Shown here piece after piece: positions 28,182 to 37,268 of a stretch of DNA of 37,268 nucleotides. Position 1 is the first letter of the stretch; each line of letters starts with the position of its first letter. Source of the DNA: Clostridia bacterium. Its GTDB lineage: Bacteria > Bacillota > Sulfobacillia > SLMV01. Both the position numbers and the translations under genes were made by a program. Location of the stretch: the NCBI GenBank assembly GCA_003563985.1, contig PWSR01000180.1, forward strand, positions 1 to 37,268, written 5' to 3'. The notes under the pieces are model-generated. The model was not told where the DNA came from. It saw nothing but the letters and a program-made list of their open reading frames with translations, and did not search any database.

Positions 28182-28306
28182 TACCGCGCGTCCACCTCCA
28201 CCGTAATACTTCGATAGGCCGGGGGCCACTCCTTTGATCCCAAGGATACGCGACCCCCGGGGTGGCAAATTCTGGATCCTCCGTCCCGTCCGGTACGGTG
28301 ATGCCC

Positions 28307-28777
28307 TCAAACCCTCGGTCCGGGACGATGGGGATTCAGGCTCCGGGGTCGTCCCAGGGCTTCCCGCAGGATGAGTCCCCCGACGAGGGGCGATTTCGCA
28401 ATGAGACCCCCGAGATCCCCGGAACCCCTTGCCGACGATTTCCGCCTCGCTTTTCGTCTCTGCGAGATCGAGGAAGTCTCTTCGCGATCGCTCCACATCT
28501 CCCGGTTGGTTTCGGCGGCAATTCCAATTTCCGGGATGGATATATCCCTCGGATCGGTCCAATCCCGCCCCGCGGATCGCTCCTCGCGCCCGCCGCGGGC
28601 GGCGGTGATCGGCGGGGGCGGTACCTGTTGCACCTCTCCCGTGGCATCGGATGGCACAGCCTGGCCCTCGGGAGCCGCCGGGCGCCCGGTGGGACGCCGC
28701 GCCACCGAGAAGGCACCCCGGATCAACCGAAAGACGACCCAGAGAACCAGTAGAGCTACCAGATCGAGTGGGCTCAT
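28307..28777 (-). CDS. YqfB-like membrane-anchored protein
   Basis: Hydrophobic N-terminus, low-complexity middle, C-terminal LILREALGRPRS.NP motif; third gene after nfeD-floA. Confidence 0.7.
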   Translation of the reverse strand: MSPLDLVALLVLWVVFRLIRGAFSVARRPTGRPAAPEGQAVPSDATGEVQQVPPPPITAARGGREERSAGRDWTDPRDISIPEIGIAAETNREMWSDREETSSISQRRKARRKSSARGSGDLGGLIAKSPLVGGLILREALGRPRSLNPHRPGPRV

Positions 28778-28807
28778 CGAATCACCCCTACTTCCAGTTG
28801 ACGCAGG

Positions 28808-29836
28808 TTAGGACGGTTCCTCTTGATCGCGCCTGCGACGGGTTGGCTCATCGGGGGCGTCCTCCTCCCGCTCGGGGGCGAACTTGGAGAATCCCTCCCG
28901 CATGCTGGTATCGGCCTGCACGTTCTTGATGTTGTAGTAGTCCATCACGCCCAGTTGTCCATTGCGGAAGGCCGCAGCGATGGCCAGCGGCACCTCGGCC
29001 TCGGCCTCGACGACGCGCGCCCTCATCTCCTCGACGCGGGCAATCATCTCCCGCTCCTGGGCGACGGCCATGGCCCGGCGCTCCTCCGCCTTGGCCTGGG
29101 CAATTCTCTTGTCTGCCTCGGCGCGATCGCTCTGCAGCGCAGCCCCGATATTGCGACCGATGTCCACATCGGCGATGTCGATGGATAGAATTTCGAAGGC
29201 CGTTCCGGCGTCCAAGCCCTTGCCGAGAACCGTCGAGGAAATGGAGTCGGGGTTTTCCAACACCTTCTTGTGGTCCTCTGCGGACCCGACGGTCGTGACG
29301 ATACCCTCGCCGACCCGGGCGATGATGGTATCCTCGCCGGCGCCACCCACGAGACGCTCGATATTCGCCCGCACGGTCACCCGCGCCTTCGCCTTGACTT
29401 CGATGCCATCCTTGGCCACTGCGGCCACCACCGGCGTCTCGATGACCTTGGGATTGACGGACATTTGGACTGCCTTGAGAACATCTCGTCCGGCCAGGTC
29501 GATGGCCGCGCCCCGCTCGAAGGCGAGATCGATTTCCGCGCGCTGGGCGGCGATGAGGGCATCGACGACGCGATCGACGTTACCGCCGGCCAGGAAATGT
29601 GCCTCCAACTTGTCGGCGATCAAGCCCAACCCCGCCTTATTCGCCTTGATCAGGGGCAGTATGATCCGGGCGGGGGGAACCCGCCGCAACCTCATGCCGA
29701 TGAGATCGGTTATGCCGACCTTGACGCCCGCCGCCAGGGCGGAAATCCAGAGCCCGAGGGGGATAAAGCTCAAGATAACCACCAGGCCTATGAGTGCGAG
29801 ACCAACCACGATTAGGGTGTACATGAGTCCATCCAT
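28808..29836 (-). CDS. floA: Flotillin-like protein FloA (YqfA)
   Basis: [57 protein letters not shown]. Confidence 0.96.
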   Translation of the reverse strand: MDGLMYTLIVVGLALIGLVVILSFIPLGLWISALAAGVKVGITDLIGMRLRRVPPARIILPLIKANKAGLGLIADKLEAHFLAGGNVDRVVDALIAAQRAEIDLAFERGAAIDLAGRDVLKAVQMSVNPKVIETPVVAAVAKDGIEVKAKARVTVRANIERLVGGAGEDTIIARVGEGIVTTVGSAEDHKKVLENPDSISSTVLGKGLDAGTAFEILSIDIADVDIGRNIGAALQSDRAEADKRIAQAKAEERRAMAVAQEREMIARVEEMRARVVEAEAEVPLAIAAAFRNGQLGVMDYYNIKNVQADTSMREGFSKFAPEREEDAPDEPTRRRRDQEEPS

Positions 29837-31209
29837 CAGTCGCTCTCACTCCTTTCGGAGTCCTTCGTCTCGGAGGATTCCGCCCGAACCACGACGCGGC
29901 GGCCCTCCACTCGAACAATTCGAACCGGGGTTTCCTTCGCGACGTATTCGCCGGAGGTCACCACATCGATCCGCTCACCGTCTACCTCCACCGTTCCCGC
30001 GGGACGTAACGAAGTCACGGCGATACCTTGCCTGTCCACCAGATCGCGGAGGCTCGTCTGCGCCACGTAGCCGCGATCCTGCGTTTCTTCGGTGTTCAAT
30101 AGGAGTCGACGCCACAGGGTCAGCCGGGTTCCCATGCGTATCAGGATCCCGGCGGTCAGGATTACCGCCCCCAGGGCGGCCAGGATCGACCACGTCGCCG
30201 CCGCGGGCGTGGGCGAAGCGAAGTAAATGCTGGCTAGCATCGCCAATACCCCGCCGATCCCCATGATCCCGAAACCCGGCACGAAGATCTCGGCGGCCAA
30301 CAACCCGATTCCCGCGACGAATAGCAACGCGATGGACATGCCGGCGTACCCGGCGGATATGTGACCGATGAAATAGGTGGCAAAGGCGAGTAACCCGAGC
30401 CCCCCGGGAAACCCAAAACCCGGAACGAACATTTCGACCAGGATGCCGGCGAAGCCGAGGGCCAGGATCAGGGGGGCTATGAAGGGGTCAGTGACGTACT
30501 GTGCAAAGATATCGATGGTAGTCGGCTCCACCGAAATCACCTGTGTCGACCGAAGGTCCAGGGCTCCGAGGGCGGCCTCGCCGGTTTGCTCAATTCCGTC
30601 GATGAAGTCCACCTCCAGGGCTCGCTCCGCCGTGAGGGTTAGCAGTTCCCCGGCTGCTACCAGGTCCGGGATCTCGATTCGCTGGTCCACCATGGCCGCC
30701 GCGATGGTGGGGTCGCGCCCGTACACACTGGCCGTCGCTTCCATTTCCGCCTTGATGGCGGAGATCGTCTTCTCGTCCATCGGGCGGGGTTCGGCGGCCC
30801 CCAGGGACGAACCGGGGGCCATGAAGACGTGGTCACAGGCCAAGGTCAATAGCACTCCGGCGGACCAGGAACGACCCGTGATGAGTGCCACCTTGGTCAG
30901 CTGCGTCTCCAGGAGCATATCCTTCATCGAAACCGCGGCATTCACGGCTCCGCCCAGGGTCGTGATCCGAACGAGCAAGACATCGGCGCCGGCCTCTTCG
31001 GCTGTGGCGATAGCGCGCCGCAGCAGGGAAGCGAGGCCGGCGTCTACGGTTCCCTGCAGGGTCACCTCGTAGACGGAGACACTCTCCTGCGCCAGCTCTG
31101 ACGCGCGAACCGAATCCGGGGTCACCGCGGGGATGAGGACCAGGGATACAATCGTGATGAGCAATATGAGGACACGCCCCGCAATGCGCAGTGCCACCGG
31201 CAACACCAC
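29836..31209 (-). CDS. nfeD: NfeD1b/YqeZ membrane-bound serine protease
   Basis: T.GG, SAG (Ser), GAA.P, EK (Lys), TM bundle with E.F.PGFG repeats, C-terminal OB fold LRPAG..RIDVV; start may be 31203. Confidence 0.9.
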   Translation of the reverse strand: MVLPVALRIAGRVLILLITIVSLVLIPAVTPDSVRASELAQESVSVYEVTLQGTVDAGLASLLRRAIATAEEAGADVLLVRITTLGGAVNAAVSMKDMLLETQLTKVALITGRSWSAGVLLTLACDHVFMAPGSSLGAAEPRPMDEKTISAIKAEMEATASVYGRDPTIAAAMVDQRIEIPDLVAAGELLTLTAERALEVDFIDGIEQTGEAALGALDLRSTQVISVEPTTIDIFAQYVTDPFIAPLILALGFAGILVEMFVPGFGFPGGLGLLAFATYFIGHISAGYAGMSIALLFVAGIGLLAAEIFVPGFGIMGIGGVLAMLASIYFASPTPAAATWSILAALGAVILTAGILIRMGTRLTLWRRLLLNTEETQDRGYVAQTSLRDLVDRQGIAVTSLRPAGTVEVDGERIDVVTSGEYVAKETPVRIVRVEGRRVVVRAESSETKDSERSESD

Positions 31210-31262
31210 CTCTTCCCATTACACTTACTTACCCAAATCGGCACCATTCAATGTCTCGTGAG

Positions 31263-32318
31263 TCACTCCAGGGCCAAATCGACCAGTCGATCCACCAACC
31301 GGCCGAAATCCATTCCCGAGGCCTTCCAAAGTCGAGGGTACATGCTCATGGATGTAAAGCCGGGTATCGTATTGATTTCATTGACCAACAGGCGCCCGTC
31401 TCCGGGACAATAGAACAGGTCGACCCGCGCCATCCCTCGTGCATCCACGGCCTGAAAGGCCTCCAAGGACAACCGGCGCGCCCGCTCGGCAACCCCGTCG
31501 TCCACCGGTGCGGGGATGATCAATCGCGTGCGGTCATCGAAATACTTCGAGTCGTAATCGTAGAATTCCCCCGCCGGGAGAATTTCCCCGGGGCCGGCCA
31601 CCTCGGGATGGCAATTCCCGAGGACACTGCACTCCAGTTCCCGGGCCTGCACACCCCGCTCTACCAGTACCTTATCCCCCAGGGCGCCGGCCTCCCGCAA
31701 CGCACCGGGAAGCCCGGCGGGCCCGGTAACGCGGCTAATACCGAGGCTCGATCCCAGGGCGGCCGGTTTCACGAAGCACGGGTAGCCCAAGCACTCGGAG
31801 ACGGATCGGGTCACCGTATCGACGGATTCCCAGAGGCATGCGCTCGAAAAGCACAGGTGATCCACCACGGGCAGTCCCGCGGCGGAGAAAAGGCGCTTCA
31901 TCAGGTGCTTGTCCATGGAGGCACCGGAGGAAGCGACCCCGGCACCCACGTAGGGTACACCCAGTATCTCCAGGACTCCCTGGACGGATCCGTCCTCTCC
32001 GAAGGGCCCGTGGAGCACCGGGAAGACCACATCGAGGGCGATCTTGTCCCGCCCGCGGTAGAGGCCACCCCCGGGACCCGGTACCATGTTCACCGCGGGG
32101 TAGTCGAGGGCGTTCTCCATCCTGCCTTCATCGAAAATTGGTATCGGATCCTCCACCGAACACCAGGTTCCATCCCGGGCGATTCCCAGGGCATGGATCC
32201 GATAGCGACTTCGATCCAGGGCATCCCAGATGGCCCGGGCCGACATTATGGATACCTCGTGCTCTCCCGATGGCCCCCCGAAGAGGATCCCCAATCCGAT
32301 CCGATGGTCCTCCGACAT
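31263..32318 (-). CDS. ddl: D-alanine--D-alanine ligase
   Basis: FGG.SGEHEVS, FPVLHG.FGEDG, MDK, VKPA..GSS.G, FYDYDSKY (Tyr type), NEINTIPGFT. Confidence 0.95.
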   Translation of the reverse strand: MSEDHRIGLGILFGGPSGEHEVSIMSARAIWDALDRSRYRIHALGIARDGTWCSVEDPIPIFDEGRMENALDYPAVNMVPGPGGGLYRGRDKIALDVVFPVLHGPFGEDGSVQGVLEILGVPYVGAGVASSGASMDKHLMKRLFSAAGLPVVDHLCFSSACLWESVDTVTRSVSECLGYPCFVKPAALGSSLGISRVTGPAGLPGALREAGALGDKVLVERGVQARELECSVLGNCHPEVAGPGEILPAGEFYDYDSKYFDDRTRLIIPAPVDDGVAERARRLSLEAFQAVDARGMARVDLFYCPGDGRLLVNEINTIPGFTSMSMYPRLWKASGMDFGRLVDRLVDLALE

Positions 32319-32362
32319 GCCACACCTCCGTCGAATTCGTACGATACTACCCATCCATCATA

Positions 32363-33697
32363 TTATCTGCACACCGTCTCCGATAGACTGTCGGCCCAAC
32401 AACCCTCGCGGTCCGCGCTTCGCACGGCGACCGGGACCAGGTCGCCGGCGGCATCTCCGTGCTCACCCCGTACGTGCATCGGTGCGTAGTTTCCCGAGTA
32501 ACCCCGGAATACAGTCATCCCGTCCCCGCCGGAGGAATTCGACACCCGCGTCTCCAGGAGGACGTGGGCTTCTCTCCCCACCTGTGCGCGGTGGAACGCC
32601 AGCGCGCACTCCTCGGCGACCGCCAGGAAGGCATCTCTGCGCGCTCGCACGACGGATCCATGGACCCGTCCCGGCAATTCCGCCGCCACGGTTCCCGGGC
32701 GGGGGGAAAAGGGGAATACGTGCAGTCGCCCGAAGCGCATCTCCCGGACGAACTCCAGGCTTCGACGATGATCTGCCTCGGTTTCCCCGGGGAAACCCAC
32801 CATGATGTCCGTGGTTACCCCGACCCGGGGATCCAGGGATCTCGCTCGATCCACCAAATCCCGATATTCCTCCGCGGAGTAGGTGCGTCCCATTCGCCGC
32901 AACACCGCATCGGAGCCGCTTTGCAGGGGCAAGTGCAGATGGGGTGCGATGCGCTCGCTCTCCAGGATGAATTCCAGGAGCGCGGGTTGGAGGTCCATGG
33001 GCTCCAGCGAACTGAGGCGCAGCCGCCAGTTCCCGGGAATCTCCACCGCCCCCGACAGGAGGGCCCCCAGGCCCGTCGGAGGATCCAGGTCGCGTCCGTA
33101 GGCACCGAGATGGATCCCCGCCAGGACCACCTCGCGGGAACCTTGGGCGACGAAACGGCGAACCTCTTCGATCACCGCGTTGGGGGGTGTGCTGGCCAGG
33201 GGGCCCCGGGCGATGGGCACGATGCAATAGGTGCAGCCACCGTCGCAGCCCCGGGTGGCGACTACCACCGGGCGATCGGTGGGCCCCGGGGAACGATGGG
33301 ATACACCGACGCCGGAGGACGTCTCCGCCAGCGATCGCCGCACCTTCGCCACGACCACATCGGGGGATTCGACCCCGAATACGAGGTCCGCCGGCAGATC
33401 CGACACGGCGGCGCACTCCTGCGTCCCGGGACGCTTGCGGGCCACTTCCGGGTAGCAACCCATCATTACGACCAGGGCCCCGGGGGATCTGCGCCGCACC
33501 GCGCGGACCAGCTGTCGCGACTTCCTCGAGGCCGTAGACGTCACCGTACAGGAATTCACCACGTATACGTCGGCATCGATCTCAAAGGGTACGGGGCGAA
33601 AACCCGCCTCGATGAAAACATCCTCGAGGCGGGCCGTGTCACTCTGATTCACTTTGCAGCCCAGGGTGTGAAAGGCAACCGTCACCTCAGAGAGCAA
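32363..33697 (-). CDS. mtaB: tRNA methylthiotransferase MtaB (MiaB family radical SAM)
   Basis: TLGCKVNQ, NSCTVT, GCY, CDGGCTYC, LRLSSLEP, HLPLQSG, VGFPGET, HVFPFS.RPGT; syntenic with prmA. Confidence 0.88.
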   Translation of the reverse strand: MLSEVTVAFHTLGCKVNQSDTARLEDVFIEAGFRPVPFEIDADVYVVNSCTVTSTASRKSRQLVRAVRRRSPGALVVMMGCYPEVARKRPGTQECAAVSDLPADLVFGVESPDVVVAKVRRSLAETSSGVGVSHRSPGPTDRPVVVATRGCDGGCTYCIVPIARGPLASTPPNAVIEEVRRFVAQGSREVVLAGIHLGAYGRDLDPPTGLGALLSGAVEIPGNWRLRLSSLEPMDLQPALLEFILESERIAPHLHLPLQSGSDAVLRRMGRTYSAEEYRDLVDRARSLDPRVGVTTDIMVGFPGETEADHRRSLEFVREMRFGRLHVFPFSPRPGTVAAELPGRVHGSVVRARRDAFLAVAEECALAFHRAQVGREAHVLLETRVSNSSGGDGMTVFRGYSGNYAPMHVRGEHGDAAGDLVPVAVRSADREGCWADSLSETVCR

Positions 33698-34547
33698 GAA
33701 GATCGTCCTCTCGACAGAGCCGGAGGCAAACCCAATCTCCCTCGGACGTGCGCGCGATCTCCCGCCACCCGCATCCGAATGCATCCCGGATCCGGTCCAT
33801 CTGTTCCCGGTAGATACCCGAGAGGATCAACATGCCTCCCGCCGCCGTAAATCGATCCAGGGCCTCGGCCCCGGCCGTGATAAGGGGGGCGTTCAGGTTG
33901 GCCACGACGAGCGGGAAGGGGGGATATTCTGCCTCCATGAAGTCCCCGACGTCGACGCTCAACCGATCCATCAACCCGTTGGCCTCGGCGTTATTCCTCG
34001 CTGCCGCCGCCGCGGCGGGATCCAGGTCGCAGGCCCGGGCGCGCTTCACGCCCAATCGAAGGCCGGCCAGGGAAAGAATGGCGGTCCCGCACCCGACATC
34101 GAGGAGGGAATCGGGATTCATCTCCTCCACCGCCGCCGCCACTGCCCCGAGGGCAAGTCGGGTACTCTCGTGCCCCCCGGTACCGAAGGCCATCCCGGGT
34201 TCGATGACGAGATCCGCGGAATCGCGACGGTCCATCCAGGGTGCGATGATGCGTAGGGATCCCCGCTCCAATGGATGGAAATGCTGTCGGGCTTGCTCCG
34301 TCCAGTCCACGCCCGGAACCCGGCGCCGACGCACGTGAACCCCCGGGAGATCCGGAACGCGAATGGGCTCGGTAGAGTACAAGACATAGGTGATGGTGCC
34401 GGGTTCGGGTCCCTTCCGTTCCTCCAGTCCCCCGGGGAATCGCACCAGCAATTCCCCCAGCACGGACTCGGCTTCCCCCGTGGGTACCGTCAAGGACACC
34501 TCGTTGAGGGAACTGCGCCCGGATTCATCGGACGTGTTGTCAGTCAT
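33687..34547 (-). CDS. prmA: Ribosomal protein L11 methyltransferase
   Basis: IEPGMAFGTG.HEST, LDVGCGT.IL, VANL, LSGI; follows dnaJ. Confidence 0.92.
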   Translation of the reverse strand: MTDNTSDESGRSSLNEVSLTVPTGEAESVLGELLVRFPGGLEERKGPEPGTITYVLYSTEPIRVPDLPGVHVRRRRVPGVDWTEQARQHFHPLERGSLRIIAPWMDRRDSADLVIEPGMAFGTGGHESTRLALGAVAAAVEEMNPDSLLDVGCGTAILSLAGLRLGVKRARACDLDPAAAAAARNNAEANGLMDRLSVDVGDFMEAEYPPFPLVVANLNAPLITAGAEALDRFTAAGGMLILSGIYREQMDRIRDAFGCGWREIARTSEGDWVCLRLCREDDLLAL

Positions 34548-35688
34548 CGCTTCCTACCCCCCGTCCAAACGCCCGTTTCACTCGATCGAAGAGGCCCTCT
34601 TCGGGGGGGTCGATCTCCTCGCCCCGGGATTCGGCGAATTCAAGCAACACTCCCTTCTGCTCGTCGGTCAAGCCCTTGGGGATCTCGATCTTTATGTTGA
34701 CCACATGATTGCCCCGACCGTATCCTCGGAGAAACGGTATGCCCTTATCCCGCAGCGTAACCTGGGCGCCGTGCTGGGTACCCGGATTGATCCGGATTTC
34801 CTCTTCACCGTCGAGGGTCTTAACGCGCCTCTTGCTGCCCAGGGCAGCCTCCACCATGCTGATGGTCAGGTTGGAGTGCACGTCATTGCCCAGGCGCTCG
34901 AACTCGCGATGGCCTCGCACGTCGATGCGAACGTAGAGGTCTCCGGGGCGACCGCCGCGCTCCCCGGGTCCACCTTCGCCAGCCATGCGCAAGCGCATCC
35001 CGGATTCCACGCCAGCGGGCACTTTCACCTTGATCTTGCGGCGTCGTTGCACCCGGGTCCGCCCGCGGCACTCGGGACACAGTTCGTCGATGATCTGTCC
35101 CCTTCCGTTGCAGGCCGGACAGGGAGAGGTGGTCATGAATTGACCGAGGGGCGTGTTCCGGGTCGTGCGAACCTGGCCCACACCCCCGCACTGCGGGCAA
35201 GTTCGGGGGCTGGTGCCGGGCTTCGCTCCCGTCCCTTCGCACGTGGGACAGGCTTCTTCCCGCTCGATCTCGACTTCCCGCTGGACACCAAAGGCGGCCT
35301 CTTCGAAATCCACGGTGAGCCGCATCTCCATGTCGGGCCCCCGCGCGGGGCCGGCGGAACGCCGACGCGCACCACCCCCGAAAAAGGCGTCGAAGATGGA
35401 ACCGAAATCGGAGAAGTCACCGAATCCGAAATCCTGCGGATCGAATCCGCCGGCACCCGCGGTGGATCCCGCCCTTCCGAACTGGTCGTACTGCTGCCGG
35501 GTCTCGGGATCCCGCAACACGCGATAGGCTTCGCTGATTTCCTTGAAGCGGGCCTCGGCGCCGGGATCGTCGGGATTGGCGTCGGGATGGCTATCCCGGG
35601 CCAGTCTCCGGTACGCCTTCTTGATTTCCTCCTGGGACGCATCCCTCGAAACACCCAGGATTTCGTAGTAGTCCTTGCCTTCGGGCAC
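34540..35688 (-). CDS. dnaJ: Chaperone DnaJ
   Basis: KDYYEILGV, HPD, G/F region, four CxxCxG repeats. Confidence 0.97.
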   Translation of the reverse strand: MPEGKDYYEILGVSRDASQEEIKKAYRRLARDSHPDANPDDPGAEARFKEISEAYRVLRDPETRQQYDQFGRAGSTAGAGGFDPQDFGFGDFSDFGSIFDAFFGGGARRRSAGPARGPDMEMRLTVDFEEAAFGVQREVEIEREEACPTCEGTGAKPGTSPRTCPQCGGVGQVRTTRNTPLGQFMTTSPCPACNGRGQIIDELCPECRGRTRVQRRRKIKVKVPAGVESGMRLRMAGEGGPGERGGRPGDLYVRIDVRGHREFERLGNDVHSNLTISMVEAALGSKRRVKTLDGEEEIRINPGTQHGAQVTLRDKGIPFLRGYGRGNHVVNIKIEIPKGLTDEQKGVLLEFAESRGEEIDPPEEGLFDRVKRAFGRGVGSDD

Positions 35689-35736
35689 GCACTTTCCCCC
35701 CAACGGGCCGGCTCCCCCGGCCCCGCCGCTCGTCGT

Positions 35737-37268
35737 CTACTCTTCTACCTCGTAATCGGCATCGACATCTTCGCCATCGGAGCCCATGGACTCCGCATCT
35801 CCGCCCTCGGCTCCGGTCGCTTCGTAGGCCGAGGACGTCAATCGGTACAGCGCCTCGGTCAATTCTTCTTTGGACGTCTTCATGGCATCGAGGTCGGGCT
35901 CATCTTCCGCCAGGATCGCCTTGAGGGCCTCCTGTTTACTTCGCACCTCGTCCGCGAGGGATGCATCCACCTTCTCCTCCAGGTCCCCCAGGGTCCGCTC
36001 GGCGGAGTAGACGGCGGCGTCGGCTTCGTTTCTGACCTCGGCCATCTCCTTGCGCTTCTTGTCCTCGTCCTCGTGCAACTCGGCGTCCCGGGCCATCTTC
36101 TCGATGTCCTCATCGCTGAGACCGCTGGACGTCTCGATGGTGATCCGTTGCTCCTTGCCGGTGGCCTTATCCTTCGCCGACACGTTGACGATCCCGTTGG
36201 CGTCGATGTCGAAGGTGACCTCGATCTGGGGAACGCCCCGGGGGGCCGGTGGTATGCCCTCCAGGTAAAATCTCCCGAGGGTGCGATTGTCCGCGGCCAT
36301 GGGGCGCTCACCCTGCAGGACGTGGATCTCCACCTGGGTTTGATTGTCGCTGGCGGTGGAGAATACTTCGCTCTTCTTCGTTGGAATGGTGGTATTTCGC
36401 TCGATGAGCTTGGTAAACACACCACCCAGGGTTTCGATACCCAGCGATAGGGGCGTGACGTCGAGCAACAGCACGTCCTTGACCTCGCCCGAGAGAACAC
36501 CGCCCTGGATGGCGGCACCCAGGGCCACCACTTCGTCGGGATTGATCCCCTTGAAGGGATCCTTGCCGAGGACGTCCTTCACCCGCTTTTGCACCAAGGG
36601 TATCCGCGTGGATCCCCCGACCAGGATCACCCGGTGGATTTCATCGGTGGACACGCCGGCGTCGGCGACGGCCCGCTTGATGGGCCCGACGGTCTTTTCA
36701 ACCAGGTCGGAAATCAAATCCTCGAACTTCGCTCGGGTCAGGACCATCTCCAGGTGCTTCGGACCGGAGGCGTCGGCGGTTACAAAGGGGAGGCTGATGT
36801 TCGTCTGCAGGGTGCTGCTCAACTCGATCTTGGCCTTTTCCGCCGCCTCGACCAGGCGCTGGGTGGCCTGGCGATCCTTGGAGAGATCAATCCCCTGGTC
36901 TTTGCGGAACTCCTCGACCATCCAATCCTTCACGCGCTGGTCGAAATCGTCTCCGCCGAGCAGGTTATCCCCGCTGGTCGCCTTGACCTCGAATACCCCT
37001 TCTCCCAGTTCCAGGACGGAAACATCGAAGGTGCCTCCGCCCAGGTCGTACACGAGGATGGTGGATTCTTCACCGTCGCGGTCCATACCATACGCCAGGG
37101 ATGCGGCCGTCGGCTCGTTAATGATGCGCAGGCCCTCGAGCCCCGCGATCTGGCCGGCATCCTTGGTCGCCTGGCGCTGACTGTCGGTGAAATAGGCCGG
37201 GACCGTGATGACGGCCTGTTCCACGGTCTCACCCAGGTATTCTTCGGCGTCGCGCTTCATCTTCTGGA
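35737..37268 (-). CDS. dnaK: Chaperone DnaK, 5'-truncated by the window edge
   Basis: [59 protein letters not shown]; frame open to the edge. Confidence 0.98.
   Translation of the reverse strand, partial: QKMKRDAEEYLGETVEQAVITVPAYFTDSQRQATKDAGQIAGLEGLRIINEPTAASLAYGMDRDGEESTILVYDLGGGTFDVSVLELGEGVFEVKATSGDNLLGGDDFDQRVKDWMVEEFRKDQGIDLSKDRQATQRLVEAAEKAKIELSSTLQTNISLPFVTADASGPKHLEMVLTRAKFEDLISDLVEKTVGPIKRAVADAGVSTDEIHRVILVGGSTRIPLVQKRVKDVLGKDPFKGINPDEVVALGAAIQGGVLSGEVKDVLLLDVTPLSLGIETLGGVFTKLIERNTTIPTKKSEVFSTASDNQTQVEIHVLQGERPMAADNRTLGRFYLEGIPPAPRGVPQIEVTFDIDANGIVNVSAKDKATGKEQRITIETSSGLSDEDIEKMARDAELHEDEDKKRKEMAEVRNEADAAVYSAERTLGDLEEKVDASLADEVRSKQEALKAILAEDEPDLDAMKTSKEELTEALYRLTSSAYEATGAEGGDAESMGSDGEDVDADYEVEE

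Noticed and set aside
27986-28243. 86-aa N-terminal extension on PhoH
   Set aside because: Not protein-like, contains a good SigA promoter, and an SD lies near 27985.
31210-31262. SigW-type promoter for nfeD-floA
   Set aside because: The best match, TGAATG-N15-AGTA, deviates in both elements from TGAAAC-N16-CGTA.
31263-32318. Vancomycin-resistance D-Ala-D-Lac ligase
   Set aside because: The omega-loop residue is Tyr (DSKY) and there are no vanH/vanX/vanRS neighbours.
34390-36450. 686-aa plus-strand ORF opposite dnaJ/dnaK
   Set aside because: Typical antisense shadow produced by codon bias in GC-rich genomes; no motifs. The same applies to 3542-4813, 14310-15590, 28962-30266, 31191-32489 and 32459-33850.
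37125-37145. DnaK GLEGLRII instead of GLEVLRII
   Set aside because: A single-base difference (GGC versus GTC) that cannot be told from a sequencing error or polymorphism without reads.

Overview
A 37 kb stretch of core chromosome from a GC-rich (by eye about 65%) Bacillota/Firmicute, probably anaerobic. Almost all genes are on the minus strand. In transcription order: dnaK (partial), dnaJ, prmA, mtaB, ddl, nfeD, floA, yqfB-like, phoH, pgpH, ybeY, DUF3048, era, recO, DUF4342, glyQ, glyS, PDRP, ppdK, dnaG, sigA, and tRNA-Asn/Ile2/Glu. Next comes a mixed-orientation block (sensorless orphan histidine kinase, YgeY-like M20 hydrolase, gltX), then spo0A. Last is an amino-acid oxidation operon: PheDH-like and LeuDH dehydrogenases, an uncharacterised P-loop ATPase, a four-subunit 2-oxoacid:ferredoxin oxidoreductase and a conserved hypothetical protein running off the edge. 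I see no CRISPR array, integrase, transposase or prophage. The best candidate for an undescribed system is a possibly repurposed Spo0A circuit. It combines a divergent Spo0A without its usual spoIVB neighbour, no yqfC/yqfD at their usual locus, a sensor-less kinase 3 kb away, and a recurring SigH-like AGGA-N18-GAA motif ahead of the kinase, the catabolic operon and dnaG-sigA. This is inference and needs whole-genome and experimental checks. Start codons were refined by eye from Shine-Dalgarno positions. Family assignments come from recalled motifs, not database searches.
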